A stretch of DNA of 59,146 bases, filler included. It is 3 parts of 3 records of this genome, joined end to end, with 100 filler letters (N's around TTAATTAATTAA, not from the genome) between each part and the next. Parts side by side here need not be neighbours in the genome. Positions count along the whole stretch, not along the records: positions 40,928 to 59,146 come from SRR20825006_2090; 2 more parts are not named here. One strand, given 5' to 3'. Shown piece by piece: positions 42,081 to 52,046 of the stretch. Under the pieces are notes generated by a model that searched no databases, was not told the DNA's origin, and saw only the letters and a program-made list of their open reading frames with translations. The position numbers and the translations under genes are program-made. Position 1 is the stretch's first letter. The number at the start of each line of letters is the position of its first letter.

Positions 42081-42116
42081 AAAAGCCCCGCTCGAGACTT
42101 CGAGCGGGGCTTTTTT
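42081..42116 (+). terminator. Rho-independent terminator after rpsA
   Basis: AAAAGCCCCGCTCGA-GACT-TCGAGCGGGGCTTTTTT. Confidence 0.92.
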
Positions 42117-42322
42117 ATCTTCCATGCGGTTGGCGTCTCGCTCGTGGCGCAGGTTTCGCAGAGCGCGAGAAGGAGCCCCCTGCCCTTCGCCGATTTGTCT
42201 TTGGCGACCGGGGGCCGAGGTTTTGCGTGACGGGTGTTGTAGGCAGGCGGGCAGATCTGTGCTATCGATGCACCCTCTAGGTTGAACCCCTCTCGCCACT
42301 ATCGAACGAGCGCGACGATTTC

Positions 42323-43318
42323 ATGACGGACATGCTCCACGACCTCCTGGACAAACGCCTCATCTTTATCACAGGCAAGGGCGGCGTCGGTAAAAGTACA
42401 GCAACTGCAGGGCTCGGGCTCGCGCTCGCCAGGAAAGGAAAGCGCGTGCTTATCGTCGAGACGGACACGTACTCGGCGATGGCGGACCTCTTCTCGCTGA
42501 CCCTTTCGGATTCGAACATCGAGAAGGTCAAACAGTTCGACGGCCTCGAGGTCGTCAACCTCTACGCCGAAGACGCGCTCGTGCACGCCATCAAGCAGTT
42601 CGTCCCGAGCGATCGCGTGGCGCGCTCGGTGATCGGCAACCGCGTGGCGCGCGTCTTCTTCAAGGCCGCGCCCTCGGTCAACGAATTCAGCATCCTGAAC
42701 ATGGTGCGCTACTACCTCGACAAGACGCGAGGCACGCGCCCTTACTACGATCACGTGATCGTGGATCTCCCCGCGTCTGGTCACGCGGTGACCTTCCTCA
42801 ACGTGCCAAAGACCCTGAACGGGATGGTGCGCGTGGGCCGGTTCGCGCAGATCTGCCAGGAGCTCGCCGACCAGATCGAGGACACCAGGCAAACCGCCAT
42901 CCTCGCGGTGTGCCTGCCTGAAGAGATGCCCGTCAACGAGACCATCGAGCTCTCCGAGGCGATCGAGGAGAACCTTGAACGCAAGCTCTCGATGATCATG
43001 CTCAACATGGTCCACGAGCGCCCCTTTGGCCAAACACACGACGAGGTCTTTGGCGCGCTGCGCAAGGTCACGCCCGCGCAAAAGCCAGAAGAGCTCGCTG
43101 GCGCTGGCGCGCTCTCGCGCGTGATCCAGGGCAACGCGCTCGCGCTCGACTGGTACGAGCGCGATCTGATTTACATCGATCTGCTCGGCCAAAAGACCGC
43201 CAGCCCGATCATCGAGATCCCGATGTTCTACGAGAAAGAAGGGTTACGCGTGATCGAACGTGTGGCAGACTTCCTGTGCGGAGAGCCCGGGGGAGGCGAC
43301 ACCGAGCTCGCCTCCTGA
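42323..43318 (+). CDS. ArsA/Get3-like P-loop ATPase, subunit 1
   Basis: TGKGGVGKST deviant Walker A; VDLPASGHA switch II; LPEEMPVNET. Confidence 0.9.
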   Translation: MTDMLHDLLDKRLIFITGKGGVGKSTATAGLGLALARKGKRVLIVETDTYSAMADLFSLTLSDSNIEKVKQFDGLEVVNLYAEDALVHAIKQFVPSDRVARSVIGNRVARVFFKAAPSVNEFSILNMVRYYLDKTRGTRPYYDHVIVDLPASGHAVTFLNVPKTLNGMVRVGRFAQICQELADQIEDTRQTAILAVCLPEEMPVNETIELSEAIEENLERKLSMIMLNMVHERPFGQTHDEVFGALRKVTPAQKPEELAGAGALSRVIQGNALALDWYERDLIYIDLLGQKTASPIIEIPMFYEKEGLRVIERVADFLCGEPGGGDTELAS

Positions 43319-43387
43319 AAACGACGACCTGTTCGATCCTTGGTTCTTGCAGGGCTCGCCACGTGCGCGAGCCAGAACGGAGATGAC

Positions 43388-44584
43388 GTGAGCGACGCAT
43401 CCACAACCATCCACGACCCCATCGCGCCGCTGCTCGAATCAGCGCGCCTGATCGTCTGCTGCGGCCCAGGAGGCGTCGGCAAGACCACGACCGCCGCCGC
43501 GCTCGGGCTTCGCGGCGTGCTGATGGGCAGAAAGGTCATCGTCCTCACGATCGACCCGGCAAAGCGCCTGGCAAACTCCCTCGGGTTGAGCGAGCTCTCC
43601 AACACCCCGCAACAGATCGACCTGCGCGAGAACCTCGAGCAAGTCCCCGATTCGCTCGGTGACGGCGAGTTCTGGGCGATGATGCTCGACCAGAAGAAGA
43701 CGCTCGATGATCTGGTGCGAAAGTACGCGCCCGATCCCGGCGCGCTCGAGCGCGCCGAGAACAACAACATCTACCGCCTGCTCTCCTCGACGCTCCATGG
43801 CATGCAAGAATACATGGCGCTCGACAAGCTTCACGACCTCTACACCGGCGGTTACTTCGACCTCGTCGTGCTCGACACGCCGCCGACAAAGAACGCGCTC
43901 GAGTTTTTGGAGACCCCTTCTCGCGCCAAGACCTTCTTCGACGAGCGCATCATCAAGTGGTTCCTCCCCAACAGACGCGCCGGGTTCTTTGGACGCGTGC
44001 TCGATCCTGGCTCGATCGTCCTGAAGCTGCTCGGCAGGATCTTTGGCGAGACGTTCGTCACAGAACTCACCGAGTTCTTCGAGACCCTCGAGTTCCTGCA
44101 GCAAGCGCTGCAATCGCGCGGCGAGATGATCGATTACATCATGCGTGATCAGCAGACGCACTTCTTCGTGATCACGAGCGCCGATCCTCGCAGGATGAAA
44201 GAGGCGCTCTTCTTCCACGAGAAGCTCGCCGAGCTCGGGCAACGCGCCGAAGCCTTTATCATCAACCGCGTGATCCCGCCGTTTAACCCCGATGACCTGC
44301 AAAAGGTCGACGCGGACGCCATCGCAGGTCTGGCCAAAAACGCGCAGGGGCTCGACAGCATAGATCGCGCTCAGTTCGACGCCCTGCGAAAGGATCTCGC
44401 GAGCACCTACAAGATGCTCGCCAGGCTCGCTGTTCGCGACCAGGACGCCATCGAAGACCTCTCCAAGAAGCTTGGCGCTGGCGCGCTCCGCCGCGTCCCG
44501 CTCCTCGGACAGGATGTTCACAGCATCGAACAACTCGTCAGCCTGAGCGAGTTTCTCACGCCTTCAAAACCCGTCTACGCCTGA
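43388..44584 (+). CDS. ArsA/Get3-like P-loop ATPase, subunit 2
   Basis: CGPGGVGKTT, TIDPAKRLANSLG, GMQEYMA and LDTPPT motifs; GTG 43388 after GGAGA. Confidence 0.9.
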   Translation: MSDASTTIHDPIAPLLESARLIVCCGPGGVGKTTTAAALGLRGVLMGRKVIVLTIDPAKRLANSLGLSELSNTPQQIDLRENLEQVPDSLGDGEFWAMMLDQKKTLDDLVRKYAPDPGALERAENNNIYRLLSSTLHGMQEYMALDKLHDLYTGGYFDLVVLDTPPTKNALEFLETPSRAKTFFDERIIKWFLPNRRAGFFGRVLDPGSIVLKLLGRIFGETFVTELTEFFETLEFLQQALQSRGEMIDYIMRDQQTHFFVITSADPRRMKEALFFHEKLAELGQRAEAFIINRVIPPFNPDDLQKVDADAIAGLAKNAQGLDSIDRAQFDALRKDLASTYKMLARLAVRDQDAIEDLSKKLGAGALRRVPLLGQDVHSIEQLVSLSEFLTPSKPVYA

Positions 44585-44614
44585 CGCGTTTGCCCCTCGA
44601 GCGAGTTCTTGCCG

Positions 44615-46147
44615 ATGTCCAAGTTTCGCGACGAAGTCTGGCATATCCTCAACGATCCAGAAGATGACCGCTACGGTCTCTTCCTCGGCTTTATCACCAT
44701 CCTGATCTTCCTCTCGGTGGGCCTGCTGCTCTACGAGACCTTCGTCCTCCCGACAATCGACCCTGGCCAGATCAAGGCACGCGCCGAGCTCCTCCAGCTC
44801 ACAGATCGGCTCATCCTCGCCGTCTTTTTGGTCGAATACATCGGCCGCCTCTGGGTGATCCGAGACTGGAAGCCCACACAGGTCCGACTGACCTCGATGG
44901 AGGCCGCGCGCTACTTCATCGCGTCGCGCATCAAGTTCATCCTCTCGCCATGGGGATTGATCGATTTCCTGGCGCTGTTGCCGCTGGTGCCGTTTTTGCG
45001 CTCGCTGCGCATCTTGCGCCTGCTGCGCCTGTTTCGATCCGTCCGATTGTTCCGCTATCACAACCCGTTCAAGGTCCTGGCGGGCGCAGTGCGTGATAAC
45101 ACCCTGCTCTTCTCGGTCGCCTTCGGCGTGGTGATCGTGAACATCCTGCTCTCGGCGGTGATGTTCTTCTTCGCCGAGTACGGTCATAACGAGAACGTCA
45201 CCGGCCTCAGTGATACATTGTGGTGGTCGATCGTGACGATCTCCACCGTTGGCTTTGGCGACATCACGCCGACGACGCTCGGTGGGCGCGTGATCGGCGC
45301 CGGGTTGATGATCTCAGGTATGTTCGTCATCGCCCTCTTCGCTGGCGTGATCAGCTCGACGCTGGTCAGTCACCTCATCCCCCTTCAGATGGAGCGTGTT
45401 CGCATGTCCTCGATCGCAGACCACATCATCATCGCGGGCTGGAATGATAACGTCCCGATGCTCCTCGAGCAGCTGCGTCACGAGTACGTCGACCAGAAGA
45501 AGCTCCCAGAGATCATCATCTTCGCGCCGATCAACCGGCCCGAGAGCCTGCCCCCCGAATACATCTTCGTACACGGCGACTTCACCAAGGAGAACGAGTA
45601 CGACAAGGTCCGCGCCAAGTTCGCGCGCACCATCGTCGTCATCTCGGACACCTCGAGCTCGAGCGTCAACTCATCCTCGCGCGATGCGACCACCGTGTTG
45701 ACCATCTTCACCATCCGACGCATCGAGCAGACCTTCTCCGAGGATCGCTACCGGCCGCTCCACATCTGCGCCGAGATCCTCGACCCGGAGAACGTCGACC
45801 ACGCACGCGTCGCTGGCGCCGACGAGGTCCTGGCGACAGCGCTCGTCGGAAACTCACTGCTCGCGCACACCGCCTCGAACCCTGGCGTCGGCTCGATCCT
45901 CAACGACCTCCTGCTGGCGACCCGAAACAACATCTACACCTCGCCGATGCCGCCGCGCATGATCGAGGGCGAGCTGCTCACCTTCAAGGTGCTGCAAGAG
46001 AAGCTGCGCCTCGAGCACGAGATCATGCTCATCGGCGTGCTCCACAACGACATCCTGAGCCTCAACCCCGACGCGCAACACCCCGTCTTCGTCGAGGACA
46101 AGATCGTCTACATCGGCGACAAGCGCCTTCTTATCAACGGTAAATAA
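44615..46147 (+). CDS. 6-TM voltage-gated-type K+ channel with C-terminal RCK (TrkA-like) domain
   Basis: S4 helix LRSLRILRLLRLFRSVRLFR; filter TVGFGD; RCK motifs HIIIAGW, FVHGDFT and AGADEV. Confidence 0.93.
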   Translation: MSKFRDEVWHILNDPEDDRYGLFLGFITILIFLSVGLLLYETFVLPTIDPGQIKARAELLQLTDRLILAVFLVEYIGRLWVIRDWKPTQVRLTSMEAARYFIASRIKFILSPWGLIDFLALLPLVPFLRSLRILRLLRLFRSVRLFRYHNPFKVLAGAVRDNTLLFSVAFGVVIVNILLSAVMFFFAEYGHNENVTGLSDTLWWSIVTISTVGFGDITPTTLGGRVIGAGLMISGMFVIALFAGVISSTLVSHLIPLQMERVRMSSIADHIIIAGWNDNVPMLLEQLRHEYVDQKKLPEIIIFAPINRPESLPPEYIFVHGDFTKENEYDKVRAKFARTIVVISDTSSSSVNSSSRDATTVLTIFTIRRIEQTFSEDRYRPLHICAEILDPENVDHARVAGADEVLATALVGNSLLAHTASNPGVGSILNDLLLATRNNIYTSPMPPRMIEGELLTFKVLQEKLRLEHEIMLIGVLHNDILSLNPDAQHPVFVEDKIVYIGDKRLLINGK

Positions 46148-46170
46148 CGGCGACACGACCGCATCGCCGA

Positions 46171-46253
46171 GCAAAAGTAAGGCGCCGCCATTTTTCCCAC
46201 CCTGGGTGTCTTTTTGCACCAGGTCGGGAAAAATGGCGGCGCCTTACTTTTGC
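46171..46253. repeat. Perfect 28-bp inverted repeat forming an 83-nt hairpin
   Basis: GCAAAAGTAAGGCGCCGCCATTTTTCCC (46171-46198) is the exact reverse complement of 46226-46253; inner CCTGG/CCAGG can extend the stem. Confidence 0.95.
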
Positions 46254-46289
46254 GGGCCACCACCTGGTGGTCCACAGAAGACACCTCGC

Positions 46290-49200
46290 TCAACGCAAAC
46301 AAACCCAGGAAGGCACCTCGGAGACCACGCCCTCGGGCGCGCCAGGATGCGGCAACAACACGCAGGGAGCATCGAGCAAGTCCCCCGTCACATCCTCCTG
46401 ACGCATGCTCCAGTAGGCAAAGATCATGTCCGAGGGTAACCCCGGATCGAACACCATGACCTCGCGCTCGAGCGTGACCCTTGTCTCCTCACCACGCGCT
46501 CCGATCATCAACGCGTTACGAGAATCATACCCCGTGGCCTCGGGCGTCTGCGTGTAAATGGTCGCCCCCAACCCGCTCGAGAGCGGGATCGTGTAGCGGA
46601 TGGTCTTGCCCGTATCGAACTGCTCGAAGCCATGCCAGGAGGCGCGCTCGAGCGCGCCCGCGCGCTCGATACCAGTCGCCAAACTTGACCCCGGCGAACA
46701 CACCGTCGCGCTCGATGAGCGTGATCGCCTCTGGCCGGGAGCTCGGCTCGAAGTCGAGCTCCACATCACGCGCTTCCAACGTGCCCCAATCGAGCGAGCG
46801 CACTCTCAGTGAATCCATGTAACCCTGCGCCCAGTACACGCGCGAGCGATCCATGGCGAATGCCTGCGCTCTCGCCTCGGGCACGACGAGTCGCTCGTCC
46901 GGGAGCCCTGGCTGATACACGACCGTCGTGTTGTAGGTCTCCTCTCCACGAGGAGCATCGCTTCGCATGAGCACCCGCCCCGTCACACGATCGAACGCAT
47001 ACGCGCTCGCTTCTCCGCGGTAGATCTCTCGAACACCGACCTCGGCGCCTGCCATCTGTGGCATGTGATAGTGCACGAGGATCATCTCCTGGCCCGAGTC
47101 ATATCGAGCGAGGATCTCTTGCCCCCCTTCATCGATGTGAGCATCGATCGAGACCGCACTCGCCACGGGAGACCACAACTCCAGGATCTCGCCACCAGCA
47201 ACGCGAACCTCGAGCGAGGCCTCCGAACCAAACAACATGACACCTGCACCTGACGAGACATCGAGCAAGGAGACCTCGGGAGGATGATTCACATCTTCGA
47301 GCAACGCGATGGCGCCATCCTCCACAGACCAGATACGCGTCCCCGCCTCATCCTGGTAAGAGTACAGCGAGCCGAAAGCGTGCGCGTGAAGCTTCGAGGG
47401 ATCCTGCACACCTGTCATCGAGAAGCTCTCCCTCGCACCCGTGGAGGCGTTCAAGACGTCTCCTCCAGCCAGGACAACATACAAGCCATGGCCAACGAAC
47501 GCCGGCGCCACGCTGCTCGCATCATCCACGATCGAGGACTCCAGCGCTCCATCTTCCACAGCGCGCAAGAGGTGCCAGCCTGTCGCATCCCCGACGAGCA
47601 TCGCTCCGTTCGCGCCGGCGACCACATGCACCGCGTCAGACTCCCCATAGAAAGGGTTCCCTCTGACAAAAGGCACACCGTCGAGCGACCATGGATCGTG
47701 ATCCCCTCGCTCGATATACGATGCGACGGCGACCTCCACTGGCGCCCAGGAGTTTCCTCCATCGGGGACTTCACAGCCTGACACTTCGAGTCGATAGGAT
47801 GTGTGGATATCGATCGTGATATCGGTCGGCGTGGTCGGGACGGATACACCATCCTCATCGACCACCCGAGCACATGCGCCGTAAGCGTAGAAGTCATTAT
47901 CACCCGATGGCGCATAACCAGGGAGCAGCGTCCTGGCGCGCAGGGCGATGGTGACCTCCGGCCCAGGCAGCTCGTAGGGCTCGAAGGTGCGCGCCGGATC
48001 GCGCGTGATGACCGTCTTCTCCTTCTCCTCGAACTGAGCGAATACGCGCGACCTCGCGTCATAGTTTCGGCGCATGATCTTCCACACCGCGTCAGGCCTG
48101 GCGTATGTGAGCATCGCGGCGTCTGCTCTCGCGCTTCCCCCGAGGCAGCGACACACCTTGAGCGGTTCGCCATCAGGACAGGTCAGATCACAGCGACCGA
48201 CGATCTTGCGCTCGGGCAAGCGCTCGTAATCCCACCCGTCGTCGAAATCGAAGACCTCCACGAAGTCGATGTCATATTTGCTCGAGGGAGTGTTCACGCC
48301 GATTTTATTCTCGCCGATCAGCACATCGAGCTGCGGGTATCTCTGCTCGAAATCAGGCAGGTAACTCGGCTCGCCACCAGGCTTTCCGACGATGCTCACC
48401 CCACCTCCCGAGGAGACCCTGGCGTAAAAGAGCGCGCCGCGCTCGACGCCGTTGGTGCCGCCCTCCCCGAAGAAGACCGACTTGTCGACGCTGCCTCCTG
48501 AATGCACCAACGTCACGCCGGGGACCTCGGCCCCGACGCAGCCATCCTCGACGACCGTATCATCGAGGAAAGAAATCACCCCCGAGCACAACTCCAAGCC
48601 GCGCTTGTAGAACACCCTCATGCGCGCGTCGCGCACCACGCCGATCCAACTCTCTTCGGATGAATTCGCGCCCAGGCGCGAGGTCAGCTCGAACACATCG
48701 CGGCGGCGCCCATCCGCGATCACCATGCCGTCGTGCAGGACGACCACCTCACCAGTCACGATCCTGATATTCTCGGGGTCGACGCCAGCAGCGGCCTCTT
48801 CCCAGGCGTCGGCTTCAGGCAAGAGGCGGATGATGTCGCCATCGCACTGCATCGCCAGCAGCCTCGGGGTGTCCGTCTGTAGAAAACCACAGCCACGGTC
48901 GAGCGCTTCAGCGAGATCCTCTCCGAGTGAGGTCGGCACGGGAAGCTCGAAGCGCTCGCCACCTGATTCGTATATCGCGCGCAGTTGGATCGGAGATCTG
49001 GGCACCGGCATGAGCTTCTCGTCGAGCCCCTCGCGCGTCTGAAACAACAGGTACGCGCCGCCCGAGTCGACCCAGTGCAAGCTCACCAACGGCTTTAGCG
49101 CGTAGCCATCATAGAGCATGTCGAGGTTTTGGCTTGGCTTTGGCCTGGCGTTAAGCTCGAGATCATAAACCGAGAACTCCTCGCCATCGACGTTGATGTA

Positions 49201-49290
49201 AGGCTCGTATTCGAGCAAACCGCCCTCGTTACACCCGGAAAAAAGCGCGAGCGCAGCGAGCAACGACATACATAAGGAGGACGTCTTCAT
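46290..49290 (-). CDS. Large orphan lipoprotein (~999 aa if an apparent 1-nt frameshift near 46657-46659 is corrected)
   Basis: GGAGG RBS; MKTSSLCMSLLAALALFSG-C lipobox. ORF 46525-49290 turns into Arg/Ala-rich off-frame text after GDWYRARG, while the overlapping frame continues with protein-like ALERASWHGFEQFDTGK... to the stop at 46290. Confidence 0.7.
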
Positions 49291-49886
49291 CGATTTGCCT
49301 CCCCGAACGCGATGTTGTCGTAGCAAACAAGGCGAATATCCTCGACGTAACCTCCGGTCTCGATTTTGCCGCGAGATGGATGGTCGAAGGTCTGCGGAGG
49401 AATGCGCAGCTTATGGATAAAAACCTCGCGCAAGGGAACCGAGCACCCATCACAGGTCACGGGGTGACCGAACTCGTACTCGGCCGCCACAGATGAGAGC
49501 TGGAGCGAGGGAGAATCGGGGGCGGTATCCTTGACGAACGAGTAGGCGTGCAAGCCAGCCGACGTCCGACGAACAGGATCATCGAAGCCGCCGATCTGAG
49601 TGATGAGGAAGGTGCTCGAGAAGAGCTCGGTGGTCTCATTCTCACTCCCCGAGATCATGACGAGCTCGAGATACGACCCGCTCACGCGACCGTAGGCATC
49701 GCGAGGATCGATGTTGCAGGAGATGTTCCCCATCCCTTGAAAGAAGCCGCTCGCATCGCCGCGAATGATCCAGTTGATCTCGTCGGTCTGCGGATCCTCG
49801 CCGCGATGACACGACGCGATCGCGCAGAGGTGAAGTATGCAGGTGGCGAATAAGAGGCGACGCCAACGCGGGTGGTGCCTTGTCAC
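49287..49886 (-). CDS. Hypothetical lipoprotein, translationally coupled to the large lipoprotein
   Basis: Basic N-region, hydrophobic core and IAS-C lipobox-like motif; GTG start after AGG; ATGA overlap at 49287-49290. Confidence 0.7.
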   Translation of the reverse strand: MTRHHPRWRRLLFATCILHLCAIASCHRGEDPQTDEINWIIRGDASGFFQGMGNISCNIDPRDAYGRVSGSYLELVMISGSENETTELFSSTFLITQIGGFDDPVRRTSAGLHAYSFVKDTAPDSPSLQLSSVAAEYEFGHPVTCDGCSVPLREVFIHKLRIPPQTFDHPSRGKIETGGYVEDIRLVCYDNIAFGEANR

Positions 49887-49999
49887 AGGAAGTGCCTCGT
49901 GTCGGGGAAGCTATAAGCGGGGGAACAGCTAGCTCATGTTGAATGCATCTGTTTTGCAGACTATTTCAACATTCCGACACGGGCCAGTGGCGCGCGACG

Positions 50000-50683
50000 T
50001 CAATCGGCCACGAGCGCCACGATCTTGTCGACGATGCCGCCGATGCCGAGCGAGGTGGAGTCGATGGCGACCGCATCATCGGCCTGCTTGAGCGGCGCAT
50101 GCTCGCGCTGGATATCGCGCGCGTCGCGCTCCTGGATCTCGGCGAGGATCTCGGCGTAGTCCGCCTGCTCGCCGCGCTCCTTCATCTGCATCGTGCGGCG
50201 CCTGGCGCGCTCCTCTGCCGTGGCGGTCAGAAAGATCTTGAGGTCAGCGTCAGGGAAAACCACCGTGCCGATATCGCGCCCCTCGAGGACCGAGGATCGC
50301 GCGCGACCGAGCGAGCGTTGCAGCTCGAGCAATGCCGCGCGAACCTCGGGCTTGGAGGAGACCTTGCTCGCGGACTGACTCACCGCCGGCGAGCGGATCT
50401 CATCACCGAGCTGCTCGCCGTTGCAGAAAATCAGGTTCTTTTTGCCATCGGCGGCGAGCTCGAAGTGGAAGTCGAGCTCCCTGGCGATGTTGGCGAGCGC
50501 CTCGCCATCGGAGAGATCCACTCCGCGATCTAGCGCAGTATAAGCTACCGTACGATAGATCGCGCCCGTGTCGATGAGTTGGAACCCGAGCGCGCGCGCC
50601 ACCCCCATCGCGATCGTGGACTTCCCCGCCCCCGCTGGACCATCGATGGCGATCACGACCGCCCTGTCACTGGACTGATTCAT
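50000..50683 (-). CDS. cmk: Cytidylate kinase
   Basis: IAIDGPAGAGKST, DTGAIYR, EGRDIGTVVFPDA and ERDARD motifs. Confidence 0.97.
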   Translation of the reverse strand: MNQSSDRAVVIAIDGPAGAGKSTIAMGVARALGFQLIDTGAIYRTVAYTALDRGVDLSDGEALANIARELDFHFELAADGKKNLIFCNGEQLGDEIRSPAVSQSASKVSSKPEVRAALLELQRSLGRARSSVLEGRDIGTVVFPDADLKIFLTATAEERARRRTMQMKERGEQADYAEILAEIQERDARDIQREHAPLKQADDAVAIDSTSLGIGGIVDKIVALVAD

Positions 50684-50696
50684 CCTCAATCTCCCT

Positions 50697-51800
50697 TTAC
50701 TTTAGCGCGGCAGACAGCGCGCTCAGGCAACGCTGGCATTGCTCCTCGTCTCCGATCGTGATCCTGAGCGAATCACTCAGGCCATAACCTGCCATCGGCC
50801 TCACGATCACACCCTCGCGCAACATCCTGTCATAGATCTCGCGCGCGTCGTGGTCGGCAAAGTGCACGAGCAGGAAGTTCGTCTGGCTCGGCGTGAAGCT
50901 GACGCCCTGATCGGCTAGCGCGTTCAACCCCTCGGTCATGATCGCGCGGCCCGCCTCGTTGACGGCGACCGAGCGCTTCACAAAATCCACATCATCGAGC
51001 GCTGCTGTGGCGCCAAACTGCGCGAGCGCGTTGCAGTTAAACGGTTCACGCACGCGATGCAAGTAATCCATCATCTCGGCGGGTGCCACGGCAAAGCCCG
51101 CGCGCAGACCTCCCAGGCCATAGATCTTCGAGAAGGTGCGGCACACCACGAGGCGCTCGCGCAGATCGCGAAGCTCCAGAGCCGAGGTGTAGTCTGGAGC
51201 CTGCACGTACTCGTGGTAGGCCTCGTCGACCACCACGATCACATGCTCGGGCGTTTGCTCGAGCAAACGCCTCAGGTCCCCCTCCTTCGTATAGGTCCCG
51301 GTGGGGTTGTTGGGGTTTGCCAGGAACAGGACGCGCGTCTCGTCGGTCACGCGCGCGAGCATCCCGTCGATGTCCGTCTCGAAATCACCCTTCGTGGGGA
51401 CTGAGTCCCAACGCATCCCTTCGGCGCCCATGATGACGCGGTATGCGATAAAGGAGTAATCGCTGATGACGGCGTGATCTCCGGGCACGCAAAACGTGCG
51501 CGCGATCAACGTCAGCAGCTCGTTCGAGCCATTACCGGTGGCGATCTCCTCGAAGTTGGCGCCGACGTGCTCGGCGACCTTCTCGCGCAGCTTGAACGCC
51601 GCGCCGTCAGGATAAAGCTGGAGCGTGGGGAGCGCGCCTTGGATCGCCTCGATCGCTTTTGGCGATGGGCCGAGCGGGTTCTCGTTGCTCGCGAGCTTGA
51701 TGGCGCCCGTGATCCCGAGCTCGCGCTCGAGCTCTTCGAGCGGCTTTCCTGGGACATAAGGCTTGAGTGATGCGATATGTTCTGCGACCTCGATCTTCAT
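50697..51800 (-). CDS. hisC: Histidinol-phosphate aminotransferase
   Basis: KLASNENPLG, ANPNNPTG, DEAY and RTFSKIYGLGGLRAG (PLP lysine). Confidence 0.96.
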   Translation of the reverse strand: MKIEVAEHIASLKPYVPGKPLEELERELGITGAIKLASNENPLGPSPKAIEAIQGALPTLQLYPDGAAFKLREKVAEHVGANFEEIATGNGSNELLTLIARTFCVPGDHAVISDYSFIAYRVIMGAEGMRWDSVPTKGDFETDIDGMLARVTDETRVLFLANPNNPTGTYTKEGDLRRLLEQTPEHVIVVVDEAYHEYVQAPDYTSALELRDLRERLVVCRTFSKIYGLGGLRAGFAVAPAEMMDYLHRVREPFNCNALAQFGATAALDDVDFVKRSVAVNEAGRAIMTEGLNALADQGVSFTPSQTNFLLVHFADHDAREIYDRMLREGVIVRPMAGYGLSDSLRITIGDEEQCQRCLSALSAALK

Positions 51801-52046
51801 TCAGTGGACTCCTTGAGACCATGGGAATCACCCGGCTAATCCCAGGCGCCGGGCGAGGATGACGGCGCACCTTAACAAAGAGTTGCGCGCTCGACGAAAC
51901 CATTTTTTACCAGATCGCACATCTGCCGCTGACACCACGAGCACACCGGAGTCCTCGGCGCGCCAGAAACTTCAGTCGTTGACAGCGCCAAAGCCAGAGC
52001 GGAGGATGCCTCCCGCGCAACAACCATCTTCATGAGGCGAACCGCG

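Noticed and set aside
42323..44584. Arsenic resistance operon
   Set aside because: No arsenite pump, reductase, chaperone or ArsR nearby; these are two single-domain proteins rather than the fused A1-A2 ArsA.
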